Source: Octopus sinensis
Lineage: Eukaryota
NCBI RefSeq assembly: GCF_006345805.1
Contig: NC_043023.1
Coordinates: 3,286,001 to 3,350,000 of the forward strand
Direction: 5' to 3'
Length of the DNA stretch: 64,000 nucleotides
The notes below the pieces were generated by a model. That model ran no database searches. It worked only from the letters and a program-made list of their open reading frames with translations, and had not been told where the DNA came from. The stretch's first letter is position 1. Every line of letters starts with the position of its first letter. Shown here in pieces: positions 36,430-50,013 of the stretch. The position numbers were made by a program, and so were the translations under genes.

Positions 36430-38165
36430 TGTGATGAGAGAGTGAAAGAAAGTGAGTGAGCGAGGGGGAGAAAATTTAAAGCGAGGAGGAGAGAGGGAGA
36501 GATAGACTGACTGTGTAAGGTGGAGGAACTACAAGTGTGATGAGAGAGTGAAAGAAAGTACGTGAGGAGGAGAGAGTAAGAGATAGACTGACTGAGGGGG
36601 AGATAGTGAGAGTTAGACTGACTGAGTAAGGCGGAGGAACTACAAGTGTGATGAGTGAGTGAAATATATCGTGTGAGTGAGGGGGAGAAATTAAAAGCGA
36701 GGAGGAGAGAGTAAGAGATAGACTGACTGAGTAAAGGCGGAGGAACTACAAGTGTGATGAGAGAGTGAAGGGGAGAGAGTGAGAGATAGACTGACTAAGT
36801 AAGGCGGAGGAACTACAAGTGTGATGAGAGAGGGGGAGAAATTAAAAGCGAGGAGGAGAGAATAAGAGATAGACTGACTGAGTAAGGAGGAGGTGGGATG
36901 AGCGAGAATATTCAGTGAACGAGGAGGAGGAATGCGAGAGGGAGTAAGAGATTGTAAGAGCGAAAGACAGAGAGAGGGATTCTGTAAATGTGGAGGAAGA
37001 GGAGAAACAGGTAAAGAGGGGGGAAAGGAGAAACAGATTAAGAATAGAGATGGGGAAGCCGGAGAAAAAGAGAGAGGGAAAGAGTAAGAAGTAGAAGAGT
37101 GGAGGGTAGAGGACTTACGAATGTGAGTGAGGGAAAGTAAAAAGATACATAGAATATAAAGGAGTAGGAGGAAGGGAGAGACAGAAAATATAAAGGTGTA
37201 GGAGGCGCTCTCGCGTACTCGCGCATCCGCACAAGCTAGTCATGACTAGTCGATCCTTTGTGTTTTTGTGTTTTATTTACTTTGTTTAAAAAATTATTTA
37301 CTCGTGTTTTTGTCTTTTATTTATTTTCTTTAACAAAAATTATTTACTTTGTGCAAAAAAATTATTTATTTTGTGTTTTATTTACTTTGCTTGGGAGTCG
37401 TTTTAGGATCGACTAGTCACGACTTTTTTCTTTCACTCTCTCACATTCGTAAGTCCTCTACCCTCCACTCTTCTTCTTACTCTTTCCTCTCTCTCTCTCT
37501 CTCTCTTTTCCTCCGGCTTTCCCATCTCTATTCTTAATCTGTTTCTCTTTTTCCCCCCTCTTTACTTGTTTCTCCTCTTCCTCCACATATACAGAATCCC
37601 TCTCTCTCTTTCGCTCTTACATTCTCTTACTCCCTCTCCCCATTCCTCCTCCTCGTTCACTGTTCGCTAGTAGTACCGTAGGAGGAGGAGGAACTACAAG
37701 TGTGATGAGAGAGTGAAAAAAAGTGAGTGAGTGAGGGGGAGAAATTAAAAGCGAGGAGAAGAGAGTGAGAGGCGGAGGAACTACAAGTGTGATGAGAGAG
37801 TGAAAAAAGTGAGTGAGTGAGGGGGAGAAATTAAAAGCGAGGAGAAGAGAGTGAGAGGCGGAGGAACTACAAGTGTGATGAGGGAGTGAAAGAAAGTGAG
37901 TGAGTGAGGGGGAGAAATTAAAAGCGAGGAGAAGAGAGTGAGAGGCGGAGGAACTACAAGTGTGATGAGGGAGTGAAGGAAAGTGAGTGAGTGAGGGGGA
38001 GAAATTAAAAGCGAGGTGGAGAGAGGGAGCGATAGACAGACTGAGAAAGGCGGAGGAACTACAAGTGTGATGAGAGAGTGAAAGAAAGCTCTTACATTCT
38101 CTTACTCCCTCTCTCCCATTCCTCCTCCTCGTTCACTGCTCGCTAGTAGTACCGTAGGAGGAAGG
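36430..38165. repeat. GA-rich tandem repeats (about 87-bp unit) plus a family-A-like MITE with long inverted arms
   Basis: gaggaactacaagtgtgatgag repeats. About 36915-37136 is inverted relative to about 37430-37662. ctagtagtacc end at about 37677. Confidence 0.75.
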
Positions 38166-38244
38166 GAGAGAGATAGAATTTAACAGGGAGTAGGAGGGAG
38201 AAAAATAAGGACGGCGCTAGAGATTTTTTTTTTAAAGCCCGGAG

Positions 38245-38359
38245 CTTACTTTCACTTTAAACGTGACTTCCGCTTCCGGTTATATAAAGTAACGCGCGGC
38301 CTTTAATCCTGAACAGAAAACTGCCCTCTTTAGGGATCGAACTCGAAAACGACGTAAGT
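38245..38359. promoter_or_regulatory. Probable bidirectional MRPS21/NUP62 promoter with two non-coding first exons
   Basis: CpG-rich patch, tandem ETS-like CTTCCGCTTCCGG (38267-38279), TATATAAA. Divergent donors: minus |gtaagc at 38249 and plus |gtaagt at 38354. Confidence 0.65.
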
Positions 38360-38519
38360 ATCCATCATATGTGTGTATATATATATATAAGGAGATCGAC
38401 AGGAAAAAGAGGGGTTGGATTTAGTAAGGGTTAATTAGCTTAATTTACGGAATTTCGATGGTGAAATCCAATTAACGTTTTTGTTAATTGTTTTCCCACT
38501 TAATTGGTTTTTGTTTCCT

Positions 38520-41303
38520 CATAACTTTCAGAAATATTGGTATTTTTAAATGAAATTATTTAGAATTACTTTACAGGTGATGTAGATTAAGGTTGTATCG
38601 GAATTTAATGTGAAAACGAAAGGCATACATGTACATGCCTGGGTATTTCTTGAGAACAGTGGTCCCAGTGCGCGCACTCGCATATCCGCGCAAGCTAGTC
38701 ACGACTAGTCGGTCCTTGTTTAAAAGATTATTTACTTTGTTTAACAAAAATGGGATCTTTTTGCTTTATCCGGCAGTTTATTAACATAATTTCTAGGTAA
38801 CTAAACACTTTTAAACTTCGTATACTGATAGAATGTGTTTATAGAACATCTTTTTCTCTTGGCTTTATTGAGACAATTCTATAGTTTGTAAGATATTTGT
38901 TGGTTTTTCTCTTCAATTTCTGCAATTTCAACCAATCAATGACGTCTATTGGAGGTAAAAATCATTCTTTGCCGTATGAATATGTCCCTCGTTTAAGAAA
39001 CAGATGGTAAAAATGGGTTTATTTACATTTGCGAAGAAAAAAAGATACCCTTCTCCCCCAACCCTAACTAACCCTAACCCTATAACATTGGAATGCAATA
39101 GATCGATACTAGGGTCATAATTATGGATGACAATTTCATATGACACCGCTAGAAAAAACTGCCGTTCAAACCGAAAAGATCCTCAGAAACATTGGTTATT
39201 TTTAAATGAAATTATTTAGAATTACTTTACTGGTGATGTAGATTAAGGTTGTATCGGAATTTAATGTGAAAACAAAAGGCGTACATGTCTGGGATCTTTT
39301 CGGTTTGAACGGCAGTTTTTAAAAATAATTTCCACCAGGAGTGGCTGTGTGGTAAGTAGCTTGCTAACCATCCACATGGTTCCGGGTTCAGTCCCACTGC
39401 GTGGCATCTTGGGCAAGTGTCTTCTACTATAACCTCACACCGACCAAAGCCTTGTGAATGGATTTGGTAGACGGAAACTGAAAAAAGTCCATCGTATATA
39501 TATATATGCGTGTGTGTGTCTGTGTTTGTCCCCCTAGCATTGTTTGACAACTGATGCTGGTGTGTTTATGTCCCCGTTACTTAGCGGTTCGGCAAAAGAG
39601 ACCGATAGAATAAGTACTGGGCTTACAAAAGAATAAGTCCCAGGGTCGAGTTGCTCGACTAAAGGCGGTGCTCCAGCATGGCCACAGTCAAATGACTGAA
39701 ACAAGTAAAAGAGAGTAACAAAAAATTTCAAACTTCGTATTCTGGTAGAATGTGTTTATAAAACATCTTTTTCTCTTGGTTTTATTGAGAAAATTCTATA
39801 GTTTGTAAGATAATTGTTGTTTTTTTTTGCTTCAATTTCTGTAATTTCAACCAATCAGTGTCGTCCATTGAGGTAAAAACTTGTGCCGTATGAATATGTC
39901 CCTCGTTTAAGAAAAGATTGGGTTTATTTACATTTCTGAAGAAAAAAAAGATACCTTTCGCCCTAACCCTAAAAGAGATTGAAATGCAATAGATCGATAC
40001 TAGGGTCATAATTATGGGTGACAATATCATATAACAACCGCTAGAAAAAATTGCCGTTCAAACCGAAAAGATCCTCAGAAACATTGGTATTTTTAAATGA
40101 AATTATTTAGAATTACTTTACAGGTGATGTAGGTTACGATTGTATCGGAATTTAAGGTGAAAACGAAAGGCATACATGTACATGTCTGGGATCTTTTCGG
40201 TTTGAACGGCAGTTTGTAACATAATTTCTTTGTAACTAAACATTTTTAAACTTCGTATACTGGTAGAATGTGTTTATGAAACATCTTTTGGCGATCTTTC
40301 GTCTCTAGTAGACCTTTCCGTCGATTTCCGTAAAAAACTTTTTTTTTACATATGGGCTTGCGGGAACTTTTGAAGTAATGAGAGCGAAAGAGACTAAGAG
40401 AAAGCGATTGTATGACGAGGGAAGTTCTTTTGAAGTTACCGTCCAGGGGAAGCATTGATGTACATGTGTGTGTGTGTGTTTGATGGGGCGTGGGAGACAG
40501 ACAGTATGTTGTGTAAGTGAAGTGCTTCTGTTAGTGTGTGTGGAGAGACAGAGTAATGTGTGGAAGAAAGAGATAACTGAAATTTTTTACTCGGTGTATG
40601 TGTATATGTATGTATGCATGTATGTGTGTGTGTATGTATCTATGTATGTATGTGTGTGTGTGTATGTATCTATGTATGTGTATGTATCTATGTATGTGTG
40701 TGTGTATGTATGTATCTATCTATGTGTGTGTGTGTGTGTATGTATGTATGGCCGATTCAGTGTACACAAGGGTCTCTGAGGAGATAGTATTAGTTGAAAG
40801 CTATCAAACCTGCCACACACAAACAACTTCAGCTTTATATACACACACACATACATAGTTCACCTAACCCTAAAATAGATCGATACTAGGGTCATAATTA
40901 TGGGTAACAATTTCATATGACACCGCTAGAAGAATTGCCGTTCAAACCGAAAACATCCTCAGAAACATTGGTATTTTTAAATGAAATTATTTAGAATTAC
41001 TTTACAGGTGATGTAGGTTACGATTGTATCGGAATTTAAGGTGAAAACGAAAGGCATACATATACATGCCTGGGTACTACTTAAGAACAGTGGTCCCAGT
41101 GCGCGCACTCGCATATCCGCGCAAGCTAGTCACGACTAGTCGATCCTTATTGTGTTATTTACTTTGTGTAAAAAAAATTATTTATTTTGTGTTTTATTTA
41201 ATTTGCTTGCTAGTCGTTGTAGGATCGACTAGTCACGACTAGCTAGTGCGGATGCGCGACTAAGCGAGTGCGTGCCCGGGACTGCTGTTCTCAAGTAGTA
41301 CCC
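38520..41303. mobile_element. Nested/tandem MITE cluster (families A and B, one SINE, other fragments)
   Basis: Repeated gggatcttttcggtttgaacggcag / ctgccgttcaaaccgaaaagatcc ends. About 115-bp spacer repeated four times. Complete family-A MITE 41072-41303 with TSD atgcct/atgtct. Confidence 0.8.
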
Positions 41304-41929
41304 ATGTCTACCCCCACCCCCATCTGATTTTGTTTCCTCATAACTTACAGAAAAATGGATATATTTTTTAATGAAATTTTAGAAAGACTTCCGCCCTGTC
41401 CTTCCTCATTTTCTCCCAAATTTATTTATTTTCGTATCTTTTTTCCAAGAATCCCGTTTTCGGATCGGATACGGAGGTTCCAGAAAATTGCCAAAAATCG
41501 GCATTGTGAGTTCCTCCCCTTCACCCCCAAACTTCTTCAATTTTGACATTTTCCCCCCAATACTAACCCTAACCTTAACCTTAAAACCCCAACCCTAACC
41601 GTAAGTAGAGAAATGTTTTGAAATTTTTGTCCAAAACATAATGTCCGTATTTTTCCGTATATTTATAAAATAAAATTCTGAAAAGAGTTTTTTAAAATGA
41701 TGGAAATGGGGGTGGGGGTAATTTAAAACAGGTGATTTTTGCCAATTTTTTTGCAGAATCGTATTCCCTGTACCTGAAAAAAAAAATTTTAAAGGGTACC
41801 AGCATGGAAACCGGACATTAAATGGTGATGATGAGGAGGAGAATTTCTATCGTAGGAGGCAGACCACCATACATACATACATGTGTTGTCTGCAGTCAGT
41901 TGTCATTTTGGCATGACTTCGAAAATTTG

Positions 41930-42600
41930 CTCCAAGTGAGCCGCTCTCTGGCTATCTACCTGTGGCTTTACATAGCTATGGTGCGACCTCACCTGGAATT
42001 TGCATCACCGGTCTGGAACCTCTATCTTGCCCAGGATATTAATCGTCTGGAAGCCGTTGAGCGATGTGTGAACAAGAGAATACCCTCCATCAGGCATTTG
42101 CCATATTCTGAACGCCTTACTTCTCTGGGCATGGTTACATTGAAACTCCAACGTCTGGCAGCTGACTTGGCAGACACCCATAAAATTATTAACCATCTTA
42201 CAAACAATAACTCTGAGCACCTTTTATTAACCATCTTACAAACAATAACTCTGAGCACCCACCAAGAGAATACCCTCCATCAGGCATTTGCCATATTCTG
42301 AATTCCTTACTTCCCTGGGCATGGATCCATTGAAACTCCGACATCTGGCAGCTGACTTGGCAGACACCCATAAAATTATTAACCATCGTACAAACAATAA
42401 CTCTGAGTACCTTTTCAAACTTCACCTGTCTAACACCCGTGGACATGTTTACAAAGTCAGAAAACAGCACAGCTCCCATGACTTTAGAAAACATTTTTTC
42501 ATGCTAAGAGTTGCTGAAGCATGAAACAAACTGCCGGCATCAGTTGTTAGTTGTCGGAGCACTGCATCCTTCAAAACTTCCATGCTTCCTGAGATTTGCC
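41930..42600 (+). mobile_element. CR1/L2-like LINE 3' fragment with internal duplication
   Basis: MVRPHLEFASPVWN...LEAVER...YSERL..L...L..RRL.ADL, with the 42070-42220 segment repeated at 42255-42400. Confidence 0.8.
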
Positions 42601-42765
42601 AACACTACACCTGATTTTCTCCCCTCCATACACACAAAAGCATGTATCTGACTCATACACTGTTCGCTTTCCAGACATTTGTACATTACTGCATATACTT
42701 TATACATACTTTTGACAAGTTGTGGTGCACCTGAGCACTGTATACAATAATTTCATTATTATTAT

Positions 42766-43160
42766 TACTAGCAGTATCGCCTGGCGTTGCTTGGGTTTGT
42801 TTCGACCCTTTAGAATTGGAATTTTTGAAAAGTAAAAATTTTGCATTATGTAGCTTGTTATTCTCTTTAAGTGAACATTTTTCTGGTTGAAATATACTGA
42901 AAAATGGCAACACAGCAGTCGAAAAATCGTGAAAAATAGGGATTTTCATAGAAAAAAAAGCACCTTTTTGATGTAAATAATTTTTGGTGTTAACATGGTC
43001 CGATTTGAATTTTTTCTTCTACGGAATGAAGAGCAAACCTTCTTCTATCATACTCTCAATTTTGGTCAACTTGCGCCGCAGGGTCTCGGAGGAGATAGTG
43101 TTAGTTGAAGGCTACCAAACCTGCCATACACAGACAACTTCAGCTTTATATAGAGAGATT
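42766..43160 (+). mobile_element. Helentron/DINE-1-like non-autonomous element
   Basis: Starts tactagcagtatcgcctggcgttgc and ends acacagacaacttcagctttatatagag. The same 5' end is seen inverted at about 1235-1265. Confidence 0.5.
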
Positions 43161-43295
43161 ATTATTATTATTATATACTGGTCTGTTATTCACTTGAGTT
43201 TGCCATTTCATTTTCCTTTCCACAATATCTTTAAATCTTTGAAATCCCTGATATAGTATGTAACAACATTAAAAATCCCTGTTTTCCCTTTCAGA

Positions 43296-43356
43296 ATGCT
43301 TGGCACCGGTTCAACTTTGTTTGGCAGTGGCCAGACTGCAGCAGCTCCTCCCGCAG
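43296..43356 (+). CDS. NUP62: Nucleoporin p62, coding exon 1
   Basis: tttcag|A ATG; MLGTGSTLFGSGQTAAAPPA; donor G|gttggt, phase 1. Confidence 0.75.
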
Positions 43357-43654
43357 GTTGGTAGTATTTCAAACTTTTATCTCACCTACTTCTCTGGACT
43401 TCTTGGATTCAACACTACCCTCTCGTCTTTCCGTTAGTCTATTCTTTATTCTTTACAGAATTAATAAAGAGGCAATGTGGTTGAGGGTGCACTTTGTATT
43501 CAGGTGGTTTGAGGTTCTGTCCCACTGCGTAGCACCTTGGGCAAGTATCTACTACTGCATCCTCAGGGTGGCCAAAGACTTCTGAGTGGATTTGGTAAAT
43601 GGCAACAGTGTGTGTGATGCTGGTGCCATGGAAAAAGGCACTGGTGCTGTTGCC

Positions 43655-44070
43655 ATGTAAGAAAGGCTGAAGACACTCGACCTTTATTCTCTCGAAAAAC
43701 GCCGCTGCCGTGGTGATCTCATTCTTGCTCACAAAATCATAAGCGGAAGGTGTAACCTCTCGAAAGAGCTGTTCTTCACTCCTGCTCCAGAGCGTCGGCT
43801 GCAAGGTCATTCCGAAAAGCTCTATCTGCGACGATTTCATCTCAATCGAAGGAGAGGGGCTTTCTCCATCCGGGTTGCGGATCCGTGGAATAAGCTGCCG
43901 GACGAGATAGTGAAGATGCCAACAACCGCTCGGTTCAAAGACTCTCTTGGCCAGAAATGGCCTGAACTCTTTGCATGAACACCCTTTCTGTACATAACTC
44001 CATGTCCCCCTACATGGCCTTGCTTTTGATTTTTGAGCCAAAAAATTAACTTAACTTAACTTAAAACGCA
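43655..44070 (+). mobile_element. CR1-like LINE 3' end
   Basis: RRLQGHSEKLYLRRFHLNRRRGAFSIRVADPWNKLP...WPELFA* and a (TTAAC)n tail. Confidence 0.85.
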
Positions 44071-45284
44071 CTGGTGCTGGCGCCATTTAAAAGGCACCAT
44101 TCGAGTGTGATTGTTGCCAGCGTCGCCTTACTGGTACTTGAGCCCCATGCTAGTAGGGTGCTAAGAGCACCATCTGAGCGTGATCGTTGCCAGATCGTTG
44201 GCTAACTGGCTTCCGTGCTGGTGGCACATAAAAGGCACCATTTGAGCGTGATTGTTACCAGCATCGCCTTACTGGCACCTGTGCCGGTGGCATGTGTAAA
44301 AAGATTTGAGCGAGGTCGTTGCCAGTACCAACTGACTGGCCCTCGTGCCGGTGGTACGTAAAAGCACCCACTACACTCTCGGAGTGGTTGGCGTTAGGAA
44401 GGGCATCAAGCTGTAGAAACTCTGCCAGATCAGGATTGGAGCCTGGTGCAGCCATCTGATTCGCCAGCCCTCAGTCCAACCCATGCCAGCATGGAAAGCA
44501 GACATTAAACGATGATGATGATGTCCTGTAAACAGCACCAGTGCTGGTGTCGCGTAAAAGGCACCGGTGCTGGTGCCATGTAAAGGGCACTGGTTTTGGT
44601 GCTTCATAAAAAGCATTGACACTTGTGCCTTGAAAAAAAGGCACTGGTGCCACATAAAAAGCCCTGGTGCTGGTATTAGGAAGGACATCCAGCCTGTAGA
44701 AATCATGCCAAAACAGACATTGGTGCCTGGGGGTGACTCCCAGTCTTTACAGCTCTTGTCAAAATGTCCAACCTATGCCAGCATGAAAAACGGATGCGAA
44801 ATGATATTAATACATGTGGTATGCGTTACCTTGTCTTAGCATCACATGATTATTATAAATGACTGTCATTCATTTCCAATATTCTGCAAGAAAATGCTTG
44901 GGCAGGGGGAAATATTGTCTTGCTTGGAAATAAAGGTTAGGGTTGTCTACACTGGAGTCATTCAAATAATAAACAGTCACATCATTGAAATCACGAGACT
45001 ACAAGTAATGCATCATTAATTAGAATAATTAAGCATTAAATTTGATAGAGTGATCTGAATGCTAAGGGGTTAAAATGATGAAAGAGAAAGGATACATAAA
45101 TTAAGATCTATTATACTTGGGCCATGACTGCTGAGGATTTTTTAGAAATTTGTCAGCTTGCTTCGAGACACATGCTTTTAGTGATGCATTATATGTGGTT
45201 ATTGACAATTTAAAGTCTATTTCTTGGCATATTTGGCATAGGAATTTTTTTCTTTTCCCTTATTTATAAGTTGTATATATATAT

Positions 45285-46245
45285 ATGGGCCGTGACTACT
45301 GAGGATATGCGTAAGCTCGCAAGAAATGAAGCCAGTATGCTCTGATGGATGTGTAATGTCAGTGTTCATAATCGACAGAGTGTAAGTACCTTGAGAGAAA
45401 AGTTGGACCTAAGAAGCATCAGTTGTGGTGTGCAAGAGAGATATTTGCACTGGTATGGTCATGTGGCGAGAATGGATGAAGATAGTTGTGTGAAAAAGTG
45501 CCACACCCTAGCAGTTGAGGGAACCTGTGGAAGAGGTAGACCTAGGAAGACCTGGGATGAAGTGGTGAAGCACGACCTTCGAACTTTAGGTCTCACTGAG
45601 GAAATGACTAGAGACCGAGACCTTTGGAAGTATGCTGTGTGTGGGAAGACCCGGTAGGTCAAGTGAGACCATAACCCGTGGCCTCTACCTGGGACGTAGC
45701 CAGCCCACTTATGTGTTTCCTTCTTGGGACACAAAACTCCACTTGTGAAGACCTGTTGAGGCAAGTGAAAATCAAAATCGTAATCGATCAACATCAATGG
45801 AATTTGTAACTGAGATACCAGTGCCGGTGGCACGTAAGAGAACCATCCGAACGTGGCTGTAGCCAGTGCCGCCCTGACTGGCTTCCGTGCCGGTGGGACT
45901 TAAAAAGCACCATCCGACAATTGCCGTTGCCAGCTTCGTCTGGTTTCCGTGCTGGTAGCACGTACAAAGCACCATCCGATCGTGGGCGTTTGCCAGCCTC
46001 GTCTGGCCACTGTGCTGGTGGCACGTACAAAGCACCATCCGATTGTGGCCGTTGCCAGCCTCGTCTGGCACATAAAAAGCGCCCACTACACTCATGGAGC
46101 GGTTGGCATTAGGAAGGGCATCCAGCCGTAGAAACACTGCCAGATCAGATTGGAGTCTGGTGCAGCCTCCTGGCTTCCCAGACCCGGGTCGAATTGTCCA
46201 ACCAATGCAAGCATGGAAAACGGATGCTAAACGATGATGATGATG
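45285..46245 (+). mobile_element. 5'-truncated RTE LINE with 3' UTR
   Basis: WAVTTEDMRKL...WYGHVARM...GRGRPRKTW, then the repeated UTR and (GAT)n tail. Confidence 0.85.
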
Positions 46246-47429
46246 TTTTTATAGCAAGTTGATGCAGGTAGTTTATCCTGTCTCCCCCTCCGACACTTCA
46301 TGTAGTTGTAAAAACTGCATTATTTACGGGATGACACAATCATCATCATCATCATCATCATCATCGTTTAACGTCTGCTTTTCATGCTAGCATGGGTTGG
46401 ACGATTTTGCCTGAGGGCTGGCGAACCAGACGGCCGCACCAGGCTCCAATCTGATCTGGCAGGGTTTCTACAGCTTGATGCCCTTCCTAATACCAACCAC
46501 TCCGAGAGTGTAGTAGGTGGTTGGCGTTAGGAAGGGCATCTGGCTGTAGAAATGTTGATGATGATGATGATGATATGTGTATGTTTATATATATATATAT
46601 ATATAGATAGATAGATGTGTGTGTTTATATCATCATCATCGTTTAACGTCCGCTTTCCCTGCTAGCATGGGTTGGACGAATTTGCCTGAGGGCTGGCGAA
46701 CCAGACGGCCGCACCAGGCTCCAATCTTGATCTGGCAGAGTTTCTACAGCTTGATGCCCTTCCTAATGCCAACCACTCCGAGAGTGTAGTGGGTGCTTTT
46801 TACGTACCACCAGCACGTAAAATATACTCTTACTCTCTTTTTTTACTCTTTTACTTGTTTCAGTCATTTGACTGCGGCCATGCTGGAGCACCGCCTTTAG
46901 TCGAGCAAATCGACCCCGGGACTTATTCTTTTGTAAGCCCAGTACTTATTCTATCGGTCTCTTTTGCCGAACCGCTAAGTTATGGGGATGTAAACACACC
47001 AGCATCGGTTGTCAAGCAATGCTAGGGGGACAAACACAGACACACAAACACATACACACACATACATATATTTATACATATATACGACGGGCTTCTTTCA
47101 GTTTCCGTCTACCAAATCCACCCACAAGGCATTGGTCGGCCGGGGGCTATAGCAGAAGACACTTGCCCAAGATGCCACGCAGTGGGACTGAACCCGGAAC
47201 CATGTGGTTGGTTAGCAAGCTACTTACCACACAGCCACTACGGACATTATAAAAATAAATTGGTACTGGAATCAGTCCTCTTGACTAAAAATTCTTCAAA
47301 GTGGTGGGCCAGCATGGCTGCAGTCTAATGACTGAAGCAAATACCAGATAAAGGGTCAAAATTACAGGCATTGTTTTTCTCACTCTCTCTCACGCATTCT
47401 TATATCTTTACATTTGTTTCTTCTTTCAG

Positions 47430-47558
47430 GGGCACCCACATTTGGCAGTGGGTTAACAGCAGACAATAAACCAGCAGCAGGTTTTACATTTGGGACTGCA
47501 CCAGCTGGGACCGGTGCTTCACTTCAAGGAGGGGCAGTACCCAGAGCTTTCGTATTTA
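47430..47558 (+). CDS. NUP62: Nucleoporin p62, coding exon 2 (FG repeats)
   Basis: APTFGSGLTADNKPAAGFTFGTAPAG...; AG/GT, phase 1-1. Confidence 0.85.
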
Positions 47559-48379
47559 GTAAGTATTTATTTTATCTCTGTTAAATGCCGGTGCCATGTA
47601 AAAAGCATCCGGTCCACACTGTAAAGTGGTCGGTGTTTGGAAGGGCATCCAGCTGTAAAGACCATGCCAAAACTGACGTGCCTGTGCTTGTGCTATGGCA
47701 AAAAGCACGGAGTCCACTCTATGGGGTGGTCGTTGTTTGGAAGGGCATCCAGCTGTAAAGACCATGCCAAAACTGACCTGCCTGTGTTTGTGCTATGTCA
47801 AAAAGCACGGAGTCCACTCTATGGGGTGGTTGTTGTTAGGAAGGGCATCCAGCTGTAAGAGCCCTGCCAAAAGAGACACAGATGTCTGGTGCAGTTTTCT
47901 GCTTGACCAAACCATCCAACCCATGCCAGCATGGAAAGCAGACATTAAACGATAATGGCCCCGTGCCAGTGGCACATAAAAGCACCCACTACACTCTTGG
48001 AGTGGTTGGCGTTAGGAAGGGCATCTAGCAGTAGAAACTCTGCCAGATCAGACTGGAGCCTGGTGCAGCCATCTGGTTCACCATTCCTCAATCAAATCGT
48101 CCAACCCATGCTAGCATGGAAAGCAGACCTTAAACAATGATGATATACACACATCACTATCTATCTATATATATATATATAACGACATGTTGGATTGTTA
48201 GCCCCTACACGCAGTTTTTTTTCTCTACTTGTTTCTTTTCTGTGTATCTTTCTATTGAAGAGCATAGGCTCGAAACGTAAAAGACTTGTTTTATTTCTAT
48301 TCCTGAGCGCCATACTGATATATTTGTTTGTTTGTACTCCACCTGCCTTCGTCTTTTGTTTATTTTCGTAAACCTTCCG

Positions 48380-48416
48380 TTATATATATAATATATTGTA
48401 TATATATGTATATATG

Positions 48417-48513
<97 letters not shown>

Positions 48514-48525
48514 GTATATATATAA
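48380..48525. repeat. (TA)n microsatellite
   Basis: Long imperfect TA run. Confidence 0.95.
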
Positions 48526-50013
48526 AAACATATACATCATCATCATCAATGTTTCTACTGCCGGACACCCTTCCTAATGCCAACCACCCACTACACTCTC
48601 GGAGTGGTTGGCGTATAGGAAGGGCATCCAGCTGTAGAAACTCTGCCAGATCAGATTGGAGCCTGGTGCAGCCATCTGGTTCACCAGTCCTCAGTCAAAA
48701 TCGTCCAACCCATGTCAGCATGGTAAGCAGACATTAAACGATGATGATGGTCCTTGTGGCAATTTAAGGAATTGCCCAGGGAGTGTATCAGTTTATTAAC
48801 CATATAGTAAGCTACAAAATTCTTACGTTCTCTTGATTTCCTGTAATTCATGGTTCCATCAGACAAAATCTAAAAGACAAGGGAGGATGAGCTTGATTCA
48901 GTTTCCCCTTTACCAAATCTGCTTACAAGGCTTTTGTTGGTCCATGATTATAGTAGAAGACACTTACCCAAGGTGCCACGCAGTGGGACTGAACCCAGAA
49001 CCTTCGTGTTTGAGAAGCACATGTCTTACCACACAGCCACATCTGCACCTGTGTGCACACACACACAGACACACACACACATCAGCTTTCAAGTTTCCAT
49101 CTGACAAAGCTATAGAGGATGACACTTGCCCAAGGTGTCATGCAGTGGGATTGAACCCAGAACCTTCGTGTTTGAGAAGCACATGTCTTACCACACAGCC
49201 ACATCTGCACCTGTGTGCACACACACACAGACACACACACACATCAGCTTTCAAGTTTCCATCTGACAAAGCTATAGAGGATGACACTTGCCCAAGGTGT
49301 CATGCAGTGGGATTGAACCCAGAACCTTCGTGTTTGAGAACCACACTTCTTACCACACAGCCACATCAGCTTCTTTGAAGTTTCCATCTGTCAATTCTAC
49401 TGATAAAGCTTTGGTTGATTCAGAGCTACAGAAGATGACCCTTGCCCTTGATGTTGTGCAGTGGGACTGAACCAGAAACTATATATTTGGGAAGCAAGCT
49501 TCTTAACCACACATCCCTACCACCAGCACCTGTGTTATATCAAATTTCATACCTGAAAGGTGGTGAGCTGGCAGAATCGTTAGCACGCCAGGCAAAATGC
49601 GTAGCCGTATTTTGTCTGCCGTTACGTTCTGAGTTCAAATTCCGCCGAGGTTGACTTTGCCTTTCATCGTTTCAAGGTCGATAAATTAAGTACCAGTTAT
49701 GCACTGGGGTCGATGTAATTGACTTAATCCGTTTGTCTGTCCTTGTTTGTCCCCTCTGTATTTAAGCCCCTTGTAGGTAGTAAAAGAAATAGGTATTTCG
49801 TCTGCCGTTACGTTCTGGGTTCAAATTCCGTCGAGGTCGACTTTGCTTTTCATCCTTTCGGGGTCGATAAATTAAGTACCAGTTACGCACTGGGGTCGAT
49901 GTAATTGACTTAATCCGTTTGTCTGTCCTTGTTTGTCCCCTCTATGTTTAGCCCCTTGTGGGTAGTAAAGAAATATATATCAAATTTCATCCCTTTTTTT
50001 TCTCTTTTTGCAG

